From Octopus bimaculoides (lineage: Eukaryota), in NCBI RefSeq assembly GCF_001194135.2, contig NC_068986.1, positions 53,507,671 through 53,571,670 of the forward strand: a stretch of DNA of 64,000 bases, written 5' to 3'. Position numbers and translations under genes: made by a program. This document shows, one piece after another, positions 25,341-41,100 of this stretch (position 1 is its first letter; the number at the start of each line of letters is the position of its first letter). The notes beneath the pieces are model-generated. The model made no database searches, was not told the origin of the DNA, and worked only from the letters and a program-made list of their open reading frames with translations.

Positions 25341-27699
25341 GTGGCTAATCAATGAAGGAACTCCTATGCGGTCATTTAACCTGCTAAAAATAGTATTCAA
25401 TTGTCCACAAATGACAGTCAGCCATCATAGAAAATGATGTGCTGGACATAATCCTGGGTTCTGTGAACACGAGTAAAAGACTGGTCACAACTGACATGCA
25501 TTTGATCATCGGTCTGTTCCATCAGAACTGACCTGGGAATATGTCTGTGGTGACCTGGAAAACTATTATGAACTGAACAGAGAAGATAGACAACCACTAC
25601 AATTCCCTTAATTTCAACCCTATTTCTAATCCTACCAAATGGCCAAGCAGTTTTTAAAGAGTAGCCCTCTATACCTAGTTTTCTCACTGAACTTAAATTT
25701 CTGTACTTGAGATTCTATTAAACAAGCTTTAGACGAATATCATGTCTGTTTTCCATGCTGAGTTGTGGTTTGCTGGGTCCCTCATATAACATATCACCAC
25801 TTGTTTCAATCCTGTGTCATCTAATTTGTGAGGCCCAAAGATCCTTCTTCACTCTATCTCATAGCTAAGAAATCATTAATAGAAGTAACAGCAGTTTGCA
25901 AAATGATAAACTTGTTTCAATAGAAATATATATCATCTGCAGTTCCACATACTGGTATAAAATCTATATCCATAAGTAACAGTCATATTTGGTGAGATTT
26001 ACTTGGAAATGAGTCTGGAGTTACTTTGTTGGTATATAATTAAATCTTAGTTATTATTTTGTGAAACGCTCTGAGTTTTAGAAATGTAATTCACTATATA
26101 AGCTTCTAAGTACCATAAAATATGCCTTTTGGAATAAATCATTATGTCTTAAGTCATTCTAACAACATAACCTACCCCACTATCTTGCCAGCTGTGCAAC
26201 TATCTGTTATTACAACAGCAAAGCTAGTAGCAGAAGAATGCTAAACAGCCTTAGAAAAATACTGCAGTTCACTGTAGACACACTACAAATACAATATTGA
26301 TTTACAAATTATTTCTGCTCGAGAATAAAATAACTGTACTCAAGAACAGTTTTGTATGAGTGTCAGGACATGGATTTGTTATAAACCAATAATACAACAT
26401 CAACTGTTTTTAACATATAATGATATGAAAAAGACTGATAACACACAGAACCTGAAAGTAGTGTTGTTTTATTATTGATTGTTGCACTTCGGACATTTCA
26501 ATTTGACATTGTCAGGCTTTCTATGAAGCTAATTATGAAAATTTGCTAAAAAGAAGGCATGGGATTCACAGGACTTTACTAGATTTATAACAAAAAATGT
26601 AAATTTTGGAAAACTAGCTAGAAGGTAAGAATATCTAAATATTTCTATGGTCTGTTTTATAGAACGTATAATTAACATTCTAAAATTGGACCAATCTTTG
26701 ACATTTGAAAAATATATAGAATTTTAATTTTCATAAACTAATTTAAGCATCTATTTTCTTCCTAAAATTATACAAGTAAAATAGTTTTTCCTTAGTTTAT
26801 AATGTGATCAACTCATAATACATGACATTTCTTTTAGCCATCCTTTTTAGCATAAAATATTAAGCTGATCAATTTATAAGATTGCCTTTATGTTTGCGTT
26901 ACCAATCAAACATCGTATAGTATTCTTGCATATTTAAATTAAAACCATTAGTAGGGAAAGTAAAATTTTGTATCAATCAACACCATTTTCTTTTGTTCAT
27001 GGAAAATATTAAAATGAGATATGAATGTCAGCAGTTGGAAAATGTATAAACTTGGCAATTTCTTAATGTATGTAAAAAAAAAAAAAATTTTTTAATGACA
27101 AAGCAAGTATTTTATAAGATTAATTAATTTACCAGCATCCATAAATCACTATATGGGTGGTGACTAACCTTAAAATCTGTTTTGTAAAAGGTTTCATTCT
27201 GCTACCTTAGCTAACTCTTATCAATAAGATAGCAAATTTGAGAAAGAGCAGTTAAAAAATAAAAGTTGAGTAATTCAAGAGTTGGGGCTTACAAATCCTA
27301 AATTTTCTTATTCTCAAAATACAAACTGGTTCCAACAGTGCCTGAATTTGCAGAACCAACTAACTGACCACTTCCATCAACGTCAAAGCTAATGAATTCT
27401 ACTAAAGTTACACGATTATATTTACCATATCCTCAAGGTCATTTTTGAAATTTAAAATTTTATAAAGATTATATTTCTAAAACCTCTCTCTTCTTAGGCA
27501 GTACAAGATATAGGAATTATATTTGTGAATATGAAGCATAAAAAGAAAAAACCTTAGGTCAATAACAACCATGAATGCAACAAGCAACTGGTTAGCCTAC
27601 CTTTCCAAGCAAACTGATTACAAAATGTGGATAAGTAACACCAAAGATGAAATGATTTGGAGACATTTAGTGAAGTTAGACATTCTTTTCCATAAATAA

Positions 27700-28480
27700 A
27701 TATTGAGAATGCTCTCTTCTGAGATACATAAATATCTTTTACCAATGACAATATTTTCAACACTATCTGAAATTGTTGCTAAGAGAAAGCATAAATCTAT
27801 TGCCTCCGGATGAAAAATCCTATCTCAACACGAATTGTCCTTACCAGCTCAATCCAGTGGGATTAGTAGCACTAACATACATTCATTAACATACATTATC
27901 TTTCATACCAAACAAGAAAAATCTTTGACCACATTCTCCCAGCAGACCAACTTGCCAAATCCTTTACTCCAAAATACCATTAAATTCACAAAAATAAGAC
28001 AGCATTTCAGTAGTAGTTATGAAATAATGCAATACACACACGCACAACCAAAAAAAAAACATGGAATTATATAACTGTATGACCAAATCCCACCAAAAAG
28101 GCTCTTGTGAAACACTAACCCTGTCCTTACTATATAGACCATCAAATACACTATCACATTTCAGAAACATGATCATACTGTTCCTACTAAAGCTTTTTAC
28201 AAATTATGCAAAATGTTATCCCAAAAGAAGTGAAGCTTTCCTTTCGGTTGTACCAAATCTACTAATGCACATAAAATGCCCAGGACCTATCTTCTGGAAT
28301 CTCATTAATATTTTGTTCCAACCATTATACACACCCACACATATAGCATATTTGCAGTCTTTTATATTTACATCGTGTTCATCACTAATAATTTTTCTGC
28401 TCGATATACCTTTATCAATGAAGGCCACTACCATTTCCTCCATTGAGAATCTGGTGACATTTGACAGCATGTGAATTAAA
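27700..28480 (+). mobile_element. Possible highly decayed Penelope-like RT fragment
   Basis: Remnants GPIFWNLINILFQPL...NLVTFD loosely resemble the Penelope RT region (..NLIDILLKP....LVTFDV). Similarity judged by eye only. Confidence 0.25.
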
Positions 28481-29914
28481 TAGAACAATTACTTTATGAA
28501 AAAGCTTTTTGTGTGTGTGTGTGCGCACGCGCATGTACACACACCAGTTATATAATCAGCTATTACGTGTATTATACAAAAATTATCAATTGGTTCTGAC
28601 TTGATGAATTGTTACCCAGCTTTAGGTTTTGTAAGCATTCTTCAAAAATTCTATTTACCAAAGATTAAATGTTTACGAAACCACATTAAAGGTCAAATGT
28701 AAATAACTTTACACCGAAATATCTATAGTAAACCTTCAAACAGTAATAAGAATTGTACCAAAGCTAATTTTAAATTTCCATAAGTAAACTACACAATTTC
28801 AATTTACTCAGATTAAATTAAATCTAATCTCCATGAAGTTTTTTTAATTTGTTATTTAAAAAAAAAAATTGTTAGCAAGTAGTACAAGTGGCAAAATTTG
28901 TTGGGCTATCAGCACTGTCCTCATCAAGAAATTCAATTAACAATAAATGACCCAGTTCATTTAAAGAAGTGACACAACAAGGCAGAATTTTCCACTTTAG
29001 GAGAAAGCAATAAATAAAATACAAATAGTTTTCCAGAAGACAGCAATTCCAAGTTCAGCGGTTATCTTGGAATGTGGGTGGTGGTAATAACTTGTTATCG
29101 ACTGGTAAATCTATTTGCTTAATGTGGCAAAGACTTTGGTGAGCTCCAACACAAGATGTTCCTCTAGAACAAGTAGTGCACAAAAGAAATATGCAGTGGA
29201 ATTAGATCCAAACAACACAAAGCATTTCTGGCAGCTTACTTTTCTCAAATGGTTACTAGAAGACAAATGAAAGTCTTCATAGACACTGGTCACTGAAGCT
29301 AAACTGACAGTGTATCTAATTGAAATTTTTGTAGAGATAANNNNNNNNNNAGTATTTTCTCAACCAGCACTTATTCCAAATTGCTTGCAGAAATTTATTT
29401 CATGAAATTAAACCTTTCTCTGAGGTAGTTCATCCTAAATATCAGCTGTTTTATCCATTGCCCCATTCTAAAAAGAATCTTTAAACCTTTCTATCTTTCA
29501 TTATACATCTCAGCTTTTGTACTTTAGACTATATTTGCTAGATTTTTTCTTAAATCAGGTTTCAGTTTTGAACAGTGTTCATACCTCAGCAACCATATTT
29601 TTTAAATGATTTATTCTTCCCTATTTTTCAGTCAAAAAACAGTATGTTGACAAAGAAACTCACCTTACCAGCAACATCTATATTTTATTTTTCCTTTTAT
29701 GATATGCTCTTTCGAATGAAATACATCTGTGACCATATCAAATGTAGTGAAGTATAACACATGCACTAGACAATGTGTAACCAGAGTAAAAGTTTGAGTA
29801 GATAGACTTTCTAATACCAAGCAACTTATAGATTCAAAGCAACCCCAAATCAAGAACTAGTTTTAAGAGTACTTATCTGCTATTATCCATAAATACTATT
29901 TTCTACAAATAGGT

Positions 29915-30285
29915 AGGTGCAGGTATGGTAGTGTGGTTAAGAAGCTTGCTTCCCAACCATGTTATCTTGGGTTCAGCCTCTGCATGGAACCTTGGGCAAG
30001 TGTCTTCTGCTATGGTCCTGGGCTGACCAAAGCCTTTTGTGTAGATTTGGTAAATGAGAATTGAAAGAAGCTCATTTTGTGTGTGAATGTATATCCTTGT
30101 CTAGACATCATAGTTGCATGAGATCACTGTCATACAATCAGGGTTGTTTGTTTTCACCCTTCCAGGATAAATGTCTAGCTATGGGGGAAATATTACCTTG
30201 CTTGGAAACAGATGAGGGCTGGTGACAGGAAGGGAATCCAGTCATAGAAAATCTGCCTCAATAAATTCTGTCTGATCCAAGCATG
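29915..30285 (+). mobile_element. tRNA-derived SINE family A (old copy)
   Basis: Head aggtgcaggtatggtagtgtggttaagaagcttgc...ccttgggcaagtgtcttctgctat, shared with many copies in the window. Confidence 0.75.
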
Positions 30286-33156
30286 AGGTTGAATGTGGTG
30301 TTCTTTAAAACATCTCCATTTATGAATGTTGACGTTCTTCAATAGAACAGCAGCCTCATAACCACTTTCAATTCTAAGCTTAACCTTTAGTATTGATCAT
30401 TCATATTAGATCTGAAATGTCTGATAGTATTGCAGAGCTGAAAAATAAAGCAAAAACCAGATCTGCAATATTACAATTAGATCAAAAATATCCGAGAAGA
30501 AATTAATCAAAATAGAATATAGTCCTGATAAAAAAATAAAAATAAAAAGCTGTGTATCTCAAGATTAATTTACCCAACATGTCACCCTTTGTTCTTTTTT
30601 ATGGCAGGGTATGAGCTAAGATTTGGCTGCTATTTCTAATAGGTCGTGTTACCTTGTAAAGCCTCAGTCATTGATTTGTTCTTTCTGCATTGAGGGTGAA
30701 AAACTTAAAACCCAATTCCATATACTGGCACATACAATATACTACTTGTATAATGCTTTTCAATATCTGTGTTACTGTCACCAGACAATCCATATCGTCA
30801 TTGTCATTTTTAGCATCCATTTTCCATGCTGGCATGGGTTAGACAAATTGACAGGAGCTGGTCAGCTGGAGAGCTACCCAAGCTCTATTTTGTCTGTTTT
30901 GGTATGATTTCTACAGCTGGATGCCCTTCCTGATGCCAACAACTTTACAGAGTGTATTGGATGCTTTTAACATGGTGCTGGCACAGGTGCTTTTATGTGG
31001 TAAAATTGTTTAAGGAAATGGTGAATAAATACTGAATAAGAATTGCAATATAACATATAATTATTTCAAGCCACTACTAAATATATACAGAACATGACAC
31101 TAGACCTACACCAAAAAGTTGATAAATTTTTGAAAAATCTGTAAACAATGGAAGAAAAACTGAAGTCTTTTATTAAAAGGCTACCAGCACTAACATTTTC
31201 AAGTACTGATAATTACATGAAGAAAATGTTTAACTTAATAACATTTAGGCAAATTAAAGGATTTATTTTTATTTAAATAAAGATTTAATGAAATGATATT
31301 TAAAAGTCAATTCACTTGGAAAATGACAGCTTTGATAAACATTCAAAAAGCATTGCCCTTCAGCATTTAAAGCAGCAACAATCAAAAACTGAAGGCTGAT
31401 TAAGTAATGCATACAAATATTCAAAACATTATTGCTGAATGAAATAACAAAAATAGATAAGAAAAAAACAAAATCAAAATGGCAATTATACATGGTTCCA
31501 ATAAAAAAAACATCTTCAAATTTATAATCCTCAATTTAAAAGTAACATTCCATTTATTTGTTCAGTCTTAAGATACTAATAGTGGCTGTCATCTCCGATG
31601 GGTATTCATGCAGCAACTTATTTATTATTCAGCTATCTATAATTATATTATCTACTGCACTCTTCTTTATGGCAACAGTATATAATTTTAGGGAAATTTG
31701 TTTTTCCTGGCATGTCAAATGATCACAGAGAGCTTCCCCCTTTAAGATACTAGTTTCATCATAATAAAATAAATGCATCTTTTTATTCATAAAAGATCAA
31801 TTTGAGCTAGAATTGAAACGTTTTGTTTAGTCAATAATTCACATTTAATATTAAGCTGATGAAAATGGCAAATCTTGAAACCATAGTTCTAATGAAGCTA
31901 GAAAGCTTAATTTTAATGCATCTTATAATAATATGCACTGCTCATAGCATAAGTTTATATTGCATGTGCAAATTCTGATTTTTCAATCACATTACAACAT
32001 TATAATCATTATACTATCAAGAGCTTTGTTGTATGTTATTGTGAGAAGTCCCAGATTTCTAATTCTCATTTGGAACCACATTCTTTATGCAATTAAAGCC
32101 TTTGGGAAATATGAATGCCCTGAACATTCATTTTTGTCTCTAAAAATATGAAACATTTAAATTAAACACTTATTCTTAGCAATAAGATATGAAACTACAA
32201 TACTACAGTCCTCTGCTCTACCAACTAAGTTATTGCAAGTTGAACTGAATCATTTTGAGTAATGGGAAAATGCTCTATGGTATTTCTTCTGGCTCTTTGT
32301 ATTCAGAGTTAATCTTGACAAGGTCAACGTTGCCTTTCATTCTTCCAGTGTTGATAAAATAGAGCATCAGTCATGTACTGGAGTCAATGGTATCAACTAA
32401 TCCCCTTCTGAGAAAATTGATAGCTTTAGGCCTAAATTAGAAACCATTCGTATTTGTAATAAGGCAAGCATTTAATTTTGTCAAATTCTACAAGAATTCA
32501 CTAAGTTTGCTCATTCCATTAAGATAATAAATGCAATGTTCTTTGATTCTCAACTGCGTACCATCATTTAATGCCCACTTTTCCGTGCTTGCAAGAGTTA
32601 GAATTTGTTGAGGTAGATTTTCTATAGCTGGATGCTCTTCCATGTAATCAATCTTCATCAGTTTTCAAACGAGGTAATATATTCTCACAGTAAGACACGA
32701 TTCCACAAAAGACTGGAAATAAAACCTCATATCATGAGAATACTCATTTACGACCATCACATTATGTCTAGACAAGAGTACATACAACAACATATGACAG
32801 GCTGCTTGCAGTTTGTCTACCAAATCCATTCATAAGGATTTGATTGGCCCTGGAGCTATAGTAAAAGACATATGCCCGAAGTGCAGCGTAGTGAGACTGA
32901 ACCCAAGACTACATGGTTGAAATGCAAGTTTAAACTACACAACCACACACGTGTTCTCTACAAATTTAGGGTCTCGTGTCAATGCATAGAATATTCATTT
33001 GCAGTAATAATGAAAATCTAAACATTATGAAATAAAGCCGATTAGTTAAAAGTAGAAGATCAAGCCTATACATGCTGAATAATGTTCAATTGCTGCCATA
33101 ATACACAAGCACCTCCCACCATCACACACAAAATCTTTTGATATATTTCTCTTAAT

Positions 33157-33575
33157 AGGTACAGGAATGGCTGTGTGGATTAAAGAGGTTCATTTTGCAA
33201 CCACTTGATTTCAAGTATGATTTCTGCATGGCAGCTTGGGCAAATGTCCCCATATAGCTTTGGGCTGATGAATGTCTTATGAATAATTTGGTAGATGGAA
33301 AACTATGGAAGCCCACTGAACATGTGTATATGTCTGTGTTTGTGCATCTATATCTATTTGCCTTCACATTGACATCACTTGACGAGCAGTGACGTTTTAT
33401 GTCCCATACAAACAATATGTCCAACATCTAGGGGTTTAGTATGTAAAAGTAATAAAGAGCCTATTTGAAAGCAAAGAATGGTATCAGGAAGGCCATCTGG
33501 CAGCAGAAAACTACCTCAAAAAGTCTCATCCAACTAAAACCAATCCAGAAAAAACAAAAATCGATGATGATGATT
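33157..33575 (+). mobile_element. tRNA-derived SINE family A (old copy)
   Basis: Same head (aggtacaggaatggctgtgtgg...ttgggcaaatgtc) and a gatgatgat tail. Confidence 0.7.
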
Positions 33576-36500
33576 AACACTAAATCTTAAGTGCACTCTG
33601 TAGCACTTCATTTTATTTTAGCTTATTACTATCCAAGTAGCAACTTAGAAGTACTACTCGCAGCTGCTTTCGTCTCTAGTTTCTACAAACGAATGCACCA
33701 TACGTACATTTATTAATTTGGACTGTTTTTATCATCTAGAGGAACAAAGTAAGTTTTAGACTTTTAAGCTCTTTGTTCTACACTATCAATGGGATAGATT
33801 ATGGCTTGCTACACAATTTTTTTTTCTTTTTAAAATGACAAATAAAAGCAGAAACCAATTGAATTAGTGGTTAAAGAACCAAATCAGTTTCATAACCTTG
33901 AGATCAATAAACCATCAATGCAATTATATTTGTTAAATTTCAAATAAAAGACTTTATTATATATATTAAGTAGAAACATACATAAACAAGATACATAAAA
34001 GAATGAGAAAGTCGTGTCAAAAGCAAATCTATTTGGAGCCAATTGTCAGCATAGAAGTGTTAAGCAAAGATAATATATTACTCACAAATATTGATTTTAA
34101 TATTAATAACATCTGGCTATATAATTCTGTTGAAAGAGAACCAATAGAAACTTTTGAAATCTGAATTACAATTGGGGAAAAATGTTAGTACTATTAAATA
34201 ATATCAGATTTAACATTTAGCTCCAAGCTCTTGACAATTCACAAAATAGTATCACAACTCTCTGTTCATAATATATGACGTAGATATCATTGACTGATGC
34301 CAAAACAGTTGAATTCAAAAACAAGACAATTTCTGTTTTTCTTTCAGTTTCATCTCTACTTTTGTTGTTACTCATTATTCAAAGATGTTTGAAAAGTAAA
34401 AATGATTGAGTTTATTTATAGAATATAGGTTTAGAATATCAGATTTCTAAGTTGAGAAAAATTTACGTCAGTAAAATACAATTTTCTTTTTTTTTAAATG
34501 AATAATTCATTCCAATCCATTCTCCTCAGTGTATATGATAAAAAAATTACAGTGTATAATAAAGGATTCATTTCTTGTTTTCAAAGCTGGCTTTGATGTA
34601 GCTAAGAGATCCATATAGTCACAAATAATCACATCTGTTTATTGCTTGTTTGCACTATCAAGCTATATGGCTATGAGACAGAAAATGAGTGGTGACTTGC
34701 ACAAGCTTGAAGTATCTTACTACTGCTATCACTGAATCTTTTGTGTTCATGCTTTGGATTGTATCACACTCCAAAAATGGCACCTCTGTTAGTTTTTAGT
34801 TGTGCAATCCATCTTCCTGAGAGGAAACTCAACCTCTCTAGAGATGGTGTAAATGATGAGGTGAACAACTGAAAATTCAGATTACTACGAAGAAGTGGGA
34901 TCTTGAAGTAATAACTGGTTTTTGCATATATGACATATGTTGGGATTATAACTGGGTGATCTAATGCATAAAACATCTGAGACTGCCAGGTGAAACTGAC
35001 TTTTGTACATGACATGGATTTACAAGTTGAACTGGTTCAACTGGTCCCAGGTCACCACTGATACAGTAAATACAGTGTATATGGCCCAAACTTTGTTTTT
35101 ACTATTTTATCCAGTCAGGTCACTCGCTCAATGCTCCAGCTTTCTGAAAAGCACTTTTCAGCTACAGTATGAGTTTGACTGCATTTGTAAAGTACCAAAA
35201 CAATTTGGTGCAATTTGGACTATGTGGCTTAGAATTAGTTAAGTAAAGCAACTAGGTACAAATTAAGAGAAAAAAATTGTTATTTAAGTACGACATAATT
35301 TTGACAAGTTGATATAGAGATTTAAACCTAATTTTGCAAACCTGTAAGACACGTTGAAAGTAATCTGAACACTAATAGTGACATTAACTATCAAAAGCAA
35401 AGACAAATAAGAACTTGCATTTGCAAGGAAATATTCCATTTCACTTTATTAAAATCATTAAATCTTTCGATACTTCAGGTTGCTCAGTATGCTAACAGTA
35501 ACAGACAAATCACATCTTAAAGAAAGGACATTAAAGTGATCCTACAAACCACTAAAATTGATGACACGGTCATGGTTGGAATGCTTTTGGTCAGGTCTAC
35601 TTGCTTAAGTCTAATTTCAGTCTAGTCAACAGTGACCTGAAGTGCCAAGGAGAAATTACATAAAAATTTTTTCTCTACTTCAAATGATATTTCCCTCTTA
35701 GAACAACCTCCCCCCCCCCACCCAAAAAAGTATAAGGAATGGTTAATTAACATTAAATCACTCATGTAAAATCTTTTTAATTAGGGGAAGATATAAGCCA
35801 TATTTTGAATAAAAAAACAAAAAAAACTGTACAAGTGCAAGGAACATAATGAAAACAATAGCTAAGAACAACAAAAAGTACAATACTGAAAAATAACTAC
35901 AGTTTAAAACTTCTGATGTGTTACGTATCATGAAGCTATAAAGTGGAAATTTGGCTTTAGTAGTAGAATAATTCTACTACTTAGGCCAAATTGTAGCAGA
36001 TGAGAGAAACTCAGTAATTTTCTTTTCATACAAAATAGCAAACTAAACTAAAATTTAGCTAGTTACTCAAAGTCCCTAGATACTGACATTGAGGATAAAG
36101 GTTTGGAAAAATAAGGGCTGTGTTCATTAACTTTTTTTTTGTTTTCATCTTGCATGTTCTCCAAAAATGGCGAGAGATCTTCATATCGGACTGAAAATTT
36201 GAATGATTGCAACAGAATGGAGTTTGCTGAAGGCACCCAAAGACAAGTGGCTCTGTTCAATCAGGCAATGGGTTAGATCCACCACCAAAGAACAGATACA
36301 TTTCATTTGATAGGCTACTGTACAGATTTTGCCCACACTATTTTACTCACAAGACTTGACTGAACCTGAGGATAGAATAGAAGACACCATACTAGAAACG
36401 AACTTAAAACCATGTGAATGTGAACATGTCCTAAGGATATGCCCAGTGTGTGAATTTATAAAATTAGATTGGAAAAACTGCAAAATACCAAAGAATTAAG

Positions 36501-37719
36501 GAAAGTGATGGTCACAGAAAACCAGATGTGTGCAGTGAGTCACTTAAAAGCTGGTCATTAGTAACAAAAGAAGTCGAGTTCAAAGACGATATAGTGTAAA
36601 AGAAAAAAAAAATACAAACCACAGGGTTAAGATTAAATGAGGAAATATGAGGCGGGGAAAAAATAATGTCAAGAGCTAGTTGAGTAAGTTCATCCAACGT
36701 ATGAAAGCAATGATTATGTTGAACATACATAATTATTTCAATTATATATTTGGTATTAACTCGAACTATGTCATATCCTAAAGCATAAGAATTAAGTAAA
36801 AACAATCCTAATGCCAAAGGATTTACCTAAAATATTACAAAGACTTCAAATACTGATAAAAGCATTGGCATAGCTTTAGTAAATGGTTAATTTATTTATA
36901 AATTTTTAACTATCAATTTTTATAGAATCTATTGTGAAGCCGCAGCAGCTCAACTTCTATAGGCTATTGAATTACAGGTTCAGCAGTTTTGCTTCAATGG
37001 CAAGACATGCCATTTATCTTGGCTCAGATGATTATGTATCTCGTATAGAATTAAAATATTAATTTGAAAAGAAGTTATTTCTAAGAGATAACTCCACATG
37101 TTGAGAGAATAACATACTATTTATCAATGTTCTCTATATATTATTGAGATTCAACCAAAAATATTAACTCTGTTTCTTTTTAAAGATATACATTACAAGC
37201 AGTCACAGAGGACCAGTTTTGATTTAGAAATTGTGCATCTTGACTTAACTGTTTTTACAATATCAAATACTTAACATTCTTTGCCATTCCCACTAAATTT
37301 GGACATTACTATAGCAATACAAAGAGTTGTATTCATATACATGTACTCATTTTAAAAATGTGTGACAGCTGAAATATCTAAGTATATAGAAAAGTTATAT
37401 CCAAAACTTAGTAATTAGATGAAAAAAAATGAAGTTTTGGTCTACAAAAAAAGTACCTGAGCGAAAGAAAACAGCGATACTTTATAAAATATTTAACACA
37501 AACTGAGATTTAATAGTATTTATTAAAATTCTGATAGAAACCTCATTTTCAGACATAACAGCATGGATGTATTAAGAACTAAAATTTTTCTGTGAATATC
37601 AAGCTATAAAAGAACAAGTATTGAAACAAAAGTAAAAGCTAGAAACTTTGGCAAACATCCATGTAAAAGAAATCATGAGACAGTGAATGCAAATGCTTAG
37701 CTATTAAATACCATAAACT

Positions 37720-38190
37720 AGAGTCAGATCTGACATGGGGGCATGCACTGCTGCAGTACATTGCTGAATTCTCATGTTGGTATATTTCTGGGTCCTTCTG
37801 TGCAACCAACTGAACAGAGTTTCAGTCAGTTCTCATCTCAGCAAGATACCTCATCTGCTGTGACCATGTGGCATTTGGTTGACCAACACAAGCAGTCAAC
37901 CCAGCTGGATCCTCAGTGAGGAGGACACAGTCAGCAGCGTCTAACACAGAAAATCAAGCAACATGGCAAAACAGTCTGAGCTGGTGCTCCTGAATCATAC
38001 AAGTAGCAGGATGCATCCTAGTTTCAGAGTAGGGTCATCATTTGGGTACAAAATCCGACCAATGGTAACCCATAATTATATGAAGCACTCTGGTGCCAAA
38101 GATACTATCAAATCAATAAGACTAAATATTGCCACTGGATAAAATTGCAGGAAACATTACCAAAGTTCCACCAGACAAAAGGCCAGTTAT
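37720..38190 (-). mobile_element. RTE-like LINE 3' ORF fragment, decayed
   Basis: Minus strand gives FGTRVLHIIMGYHWSDFV...QEHQLRLFCHVA, matching the RTE C-terminal MGYxWxDFV / QLRLFGHVAR pattern. Confidence 0.6.
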
Positions 38191-41100
38191 TAGCATTCTT
38201 TAGTCATTGGACTGTGGTTATGCTGGGGCACTAATATTAAATAGTTATATGAAGAGAAAGACAAAGTATCCAGTCCAAAGGCATTGACCATTGTACTAGT
38301 TATACGAGAGAGATTAGAATGTGGGATTTTAGACTGTTTTTGAAAATAATATCTTGAGCAGGGCATGTTCAGTCTTGTTGACTGTCTAGCATTTGTTTGA
38401 TAATCCTTTATCATAACAAATACGATTAGTGCTGCTTTATATTAACCACCACCAATTCCTAATGAGAGTGTGGTTAACTTTTTACAGAAATGCATAGCAA
38501 ACATTTTAATAAGAACCATTTTAGAAATCTGGATGAAGAGAAACTGCATCAGGCTGTTATTTGGTGATGCCATGAGTTCTCATAGGTGTTTGAACCAAGA
38601 AATAAATTCTTTTTCATCTGAATCCATTGTATAGAAATGCAATTACATTTTACAAAATTCAATTTCTCATAAAATAACAATGCCTAGAGTTAACCACTTG
38701 AAAAATATATTTCCTGAACTGGATGATAAAATAAATTATGAACAAGGTCGATAAAAACATTTGAAGGCAGTGCCTCCGTATAGCTGCAGTCCAATAGCTG
38801 ACACCAGCACATACACACAAAGAGAGAAGAAACAAAACAAAAAAGAATACATTTCTTTTTACTTTTGATTCTGTAAACTATTTCTAAAGCCAACAATTAA
38901 TTAACCTTTTGGATCAAACTGAAATGTTATCTGTTATATAAGACAGAAAAGCTAACAACAGTTCAAGTTGTTTTGGACAGCTATAAAGTAAAACTGTGGC
39001 TTTAAAGCAGCATACAATATTTTGGGGTACTATATGACTGCAAGTTTGCCATAAAATCTTTTTTTTTAAATAGATATTTTCAAGCAACACAAATCAAAGT
39101 GAGAAATCTCAAATATTCACAAGCTCCAGACAAAATACCATTTATTGGCATCCTTTAGTCATTGGACTGTGGTCATGCAGGGGTACAGCCTTGAAGGATT
39201 TTAGTCAATCAAATGGACCTCTATCCAGTATTTGATTTTTAAAGTCTGGTACTATTTGTTGCTTTTGGGGATGCACACATACGAACACCCATGAGAAGTT
39301 TCTGTCAACCAAGTCCACTCACAAGGTCTAGGACTATAGAAGATACTTGCCTAAGGTGCTGTGCAGTGGAAGTGAACTGAACACCATGTGGTTGCTAAGT
39401 GAACTTCTCAACTACACTTCTGTGCTTGCAACTATCACATCATCATCAATAGAAAGAAGCATTTTTGCTCTTTCTATGTTCTCTCTTACCACCCCCTTAT
39501 ACTCGTGTTATGTCAGATACTAATTTTCGGAACACAACCCATTAGGATCTTCAGAGGAAGAAAAGCAGCACCCAACAAAAATATTGCTCTGAGGGCAGCC
39601 AACCTATCACAAACTGTCAATGTCTATAATGTTACATGCCAGTAAACTTTGTAGAATCAAGTTTGTTATTCAATGGGAATAAATAAAAGAAAAATTTTGC
39701 AATCTTTGTGGCTTTGATCTTTATTAATGAAACCAATCTGTATATTTCAATTGTAAGACTGATTCTGATATTTCTTTAAGTGGTTGTACAAGATGTGCTT
39801 CACAACCAGGAATCTCTACCTATGCCCCATTAGCTCAGATAAACCCCTAATAAATTTCAGTCAGCATGAACATCGCTTTCATACTTACTTTTTTATGCTT
39901 ACACAAGTCAGACAAGATTACGTTAATGCAGAGTGTCTATGGTTGGAAGCTGTTTTTGATGCCAAACCACACCGGCTTTTAAGCAAGATAACCTTCCAAC
40001 AAACAGTTCAGACATGGTTATGTAGAGAATTGGAAGCAAACAATGCTGTTTGTTTATTATAATAATAATCACCCAACATATCAGGGGAAATAGGAACTCA
40101 TCTACACAAACTTGCACATAAGATTCTTGTTTCTATCAACCAATTTTACTCACAAGGTATTGACCAGCATACAACTCTCAGAAGAGGTCACCACCTATGC
40201 TGTCCATGCAGTGGAAACAAAGTCCTAACTATGTGGTTTTGAAGCAAACTTCTTAACCACACAGCCATGCCTGCACCAATAACCATTACTTCTAATTCTT
40301 AAATCTCACTCCCCCCATGCAATGAGTTAAGTCTTAAAAATAAAATACTCCGTCGAAAGCAGATAATTCATGACGTACATGTATCTTTAGCCTGTTAAAT
40401 TATAAGTTCAAATATTCGGACTTTTATGCTGGTTTATTGCATAACCCTTAAACGTTCACAAGGGCAAACTGCTGACTGTCGATGAAATATCGTAAATGAT
40501 CAATATTAAGAAATATGGTAGGTTGTTGCATATGTAATAACTAAACTTCCCTCAACCAATATTATCCAAGTCATTAGTTGACAAAAACTCCCCCTAAAAA
40601 AAATTCAAACAAGGGAGATAACTCCAATAACAGGATTAAAATTTTCAGGAATGTAGAATGGAGTGGAGCCGGTTTTTAAAGCCAACTAGTGAAAACAATA
40701 GAGATGTTTTAGTTGATCCAAGATTTTCAACTCATATATATATATACATACACACACACACACACACAACTCTTCTATAAGTTTATTTGGTAAATTTACC
40801 GTTTATTTAATATGCAAAATGTTCCCCTGATGTATTCTCTCTCCACAGAACCATGTTGTTAATATTCAGAACCAGGATGACTACATTCCAGATTTAACTT
40901 GCTCGTTTTTATATTGTAAATATCTAAAGATGGATTCCTATCTACAAATTGTTTGTGTAATATCAAATGATCTAAGTATTTTCAACTCAATAATGGAAGA
41001 CCCTCACATTTGTGAGGCCCTGACACGTTTGTCTCGTTAGTAAAACACTCCTTATTATTATTTTATGCCAGCCATATTGTTGCGGTTTCCAAGCCAAGAA

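Noticed and set aside
34760-35240. Higher-complexity segments with semi-open frames (also 16720-17040, 19730-20530, 27240-27420)
   Set aside because: Probably very old TE debris, but no motif could be assigned with support.
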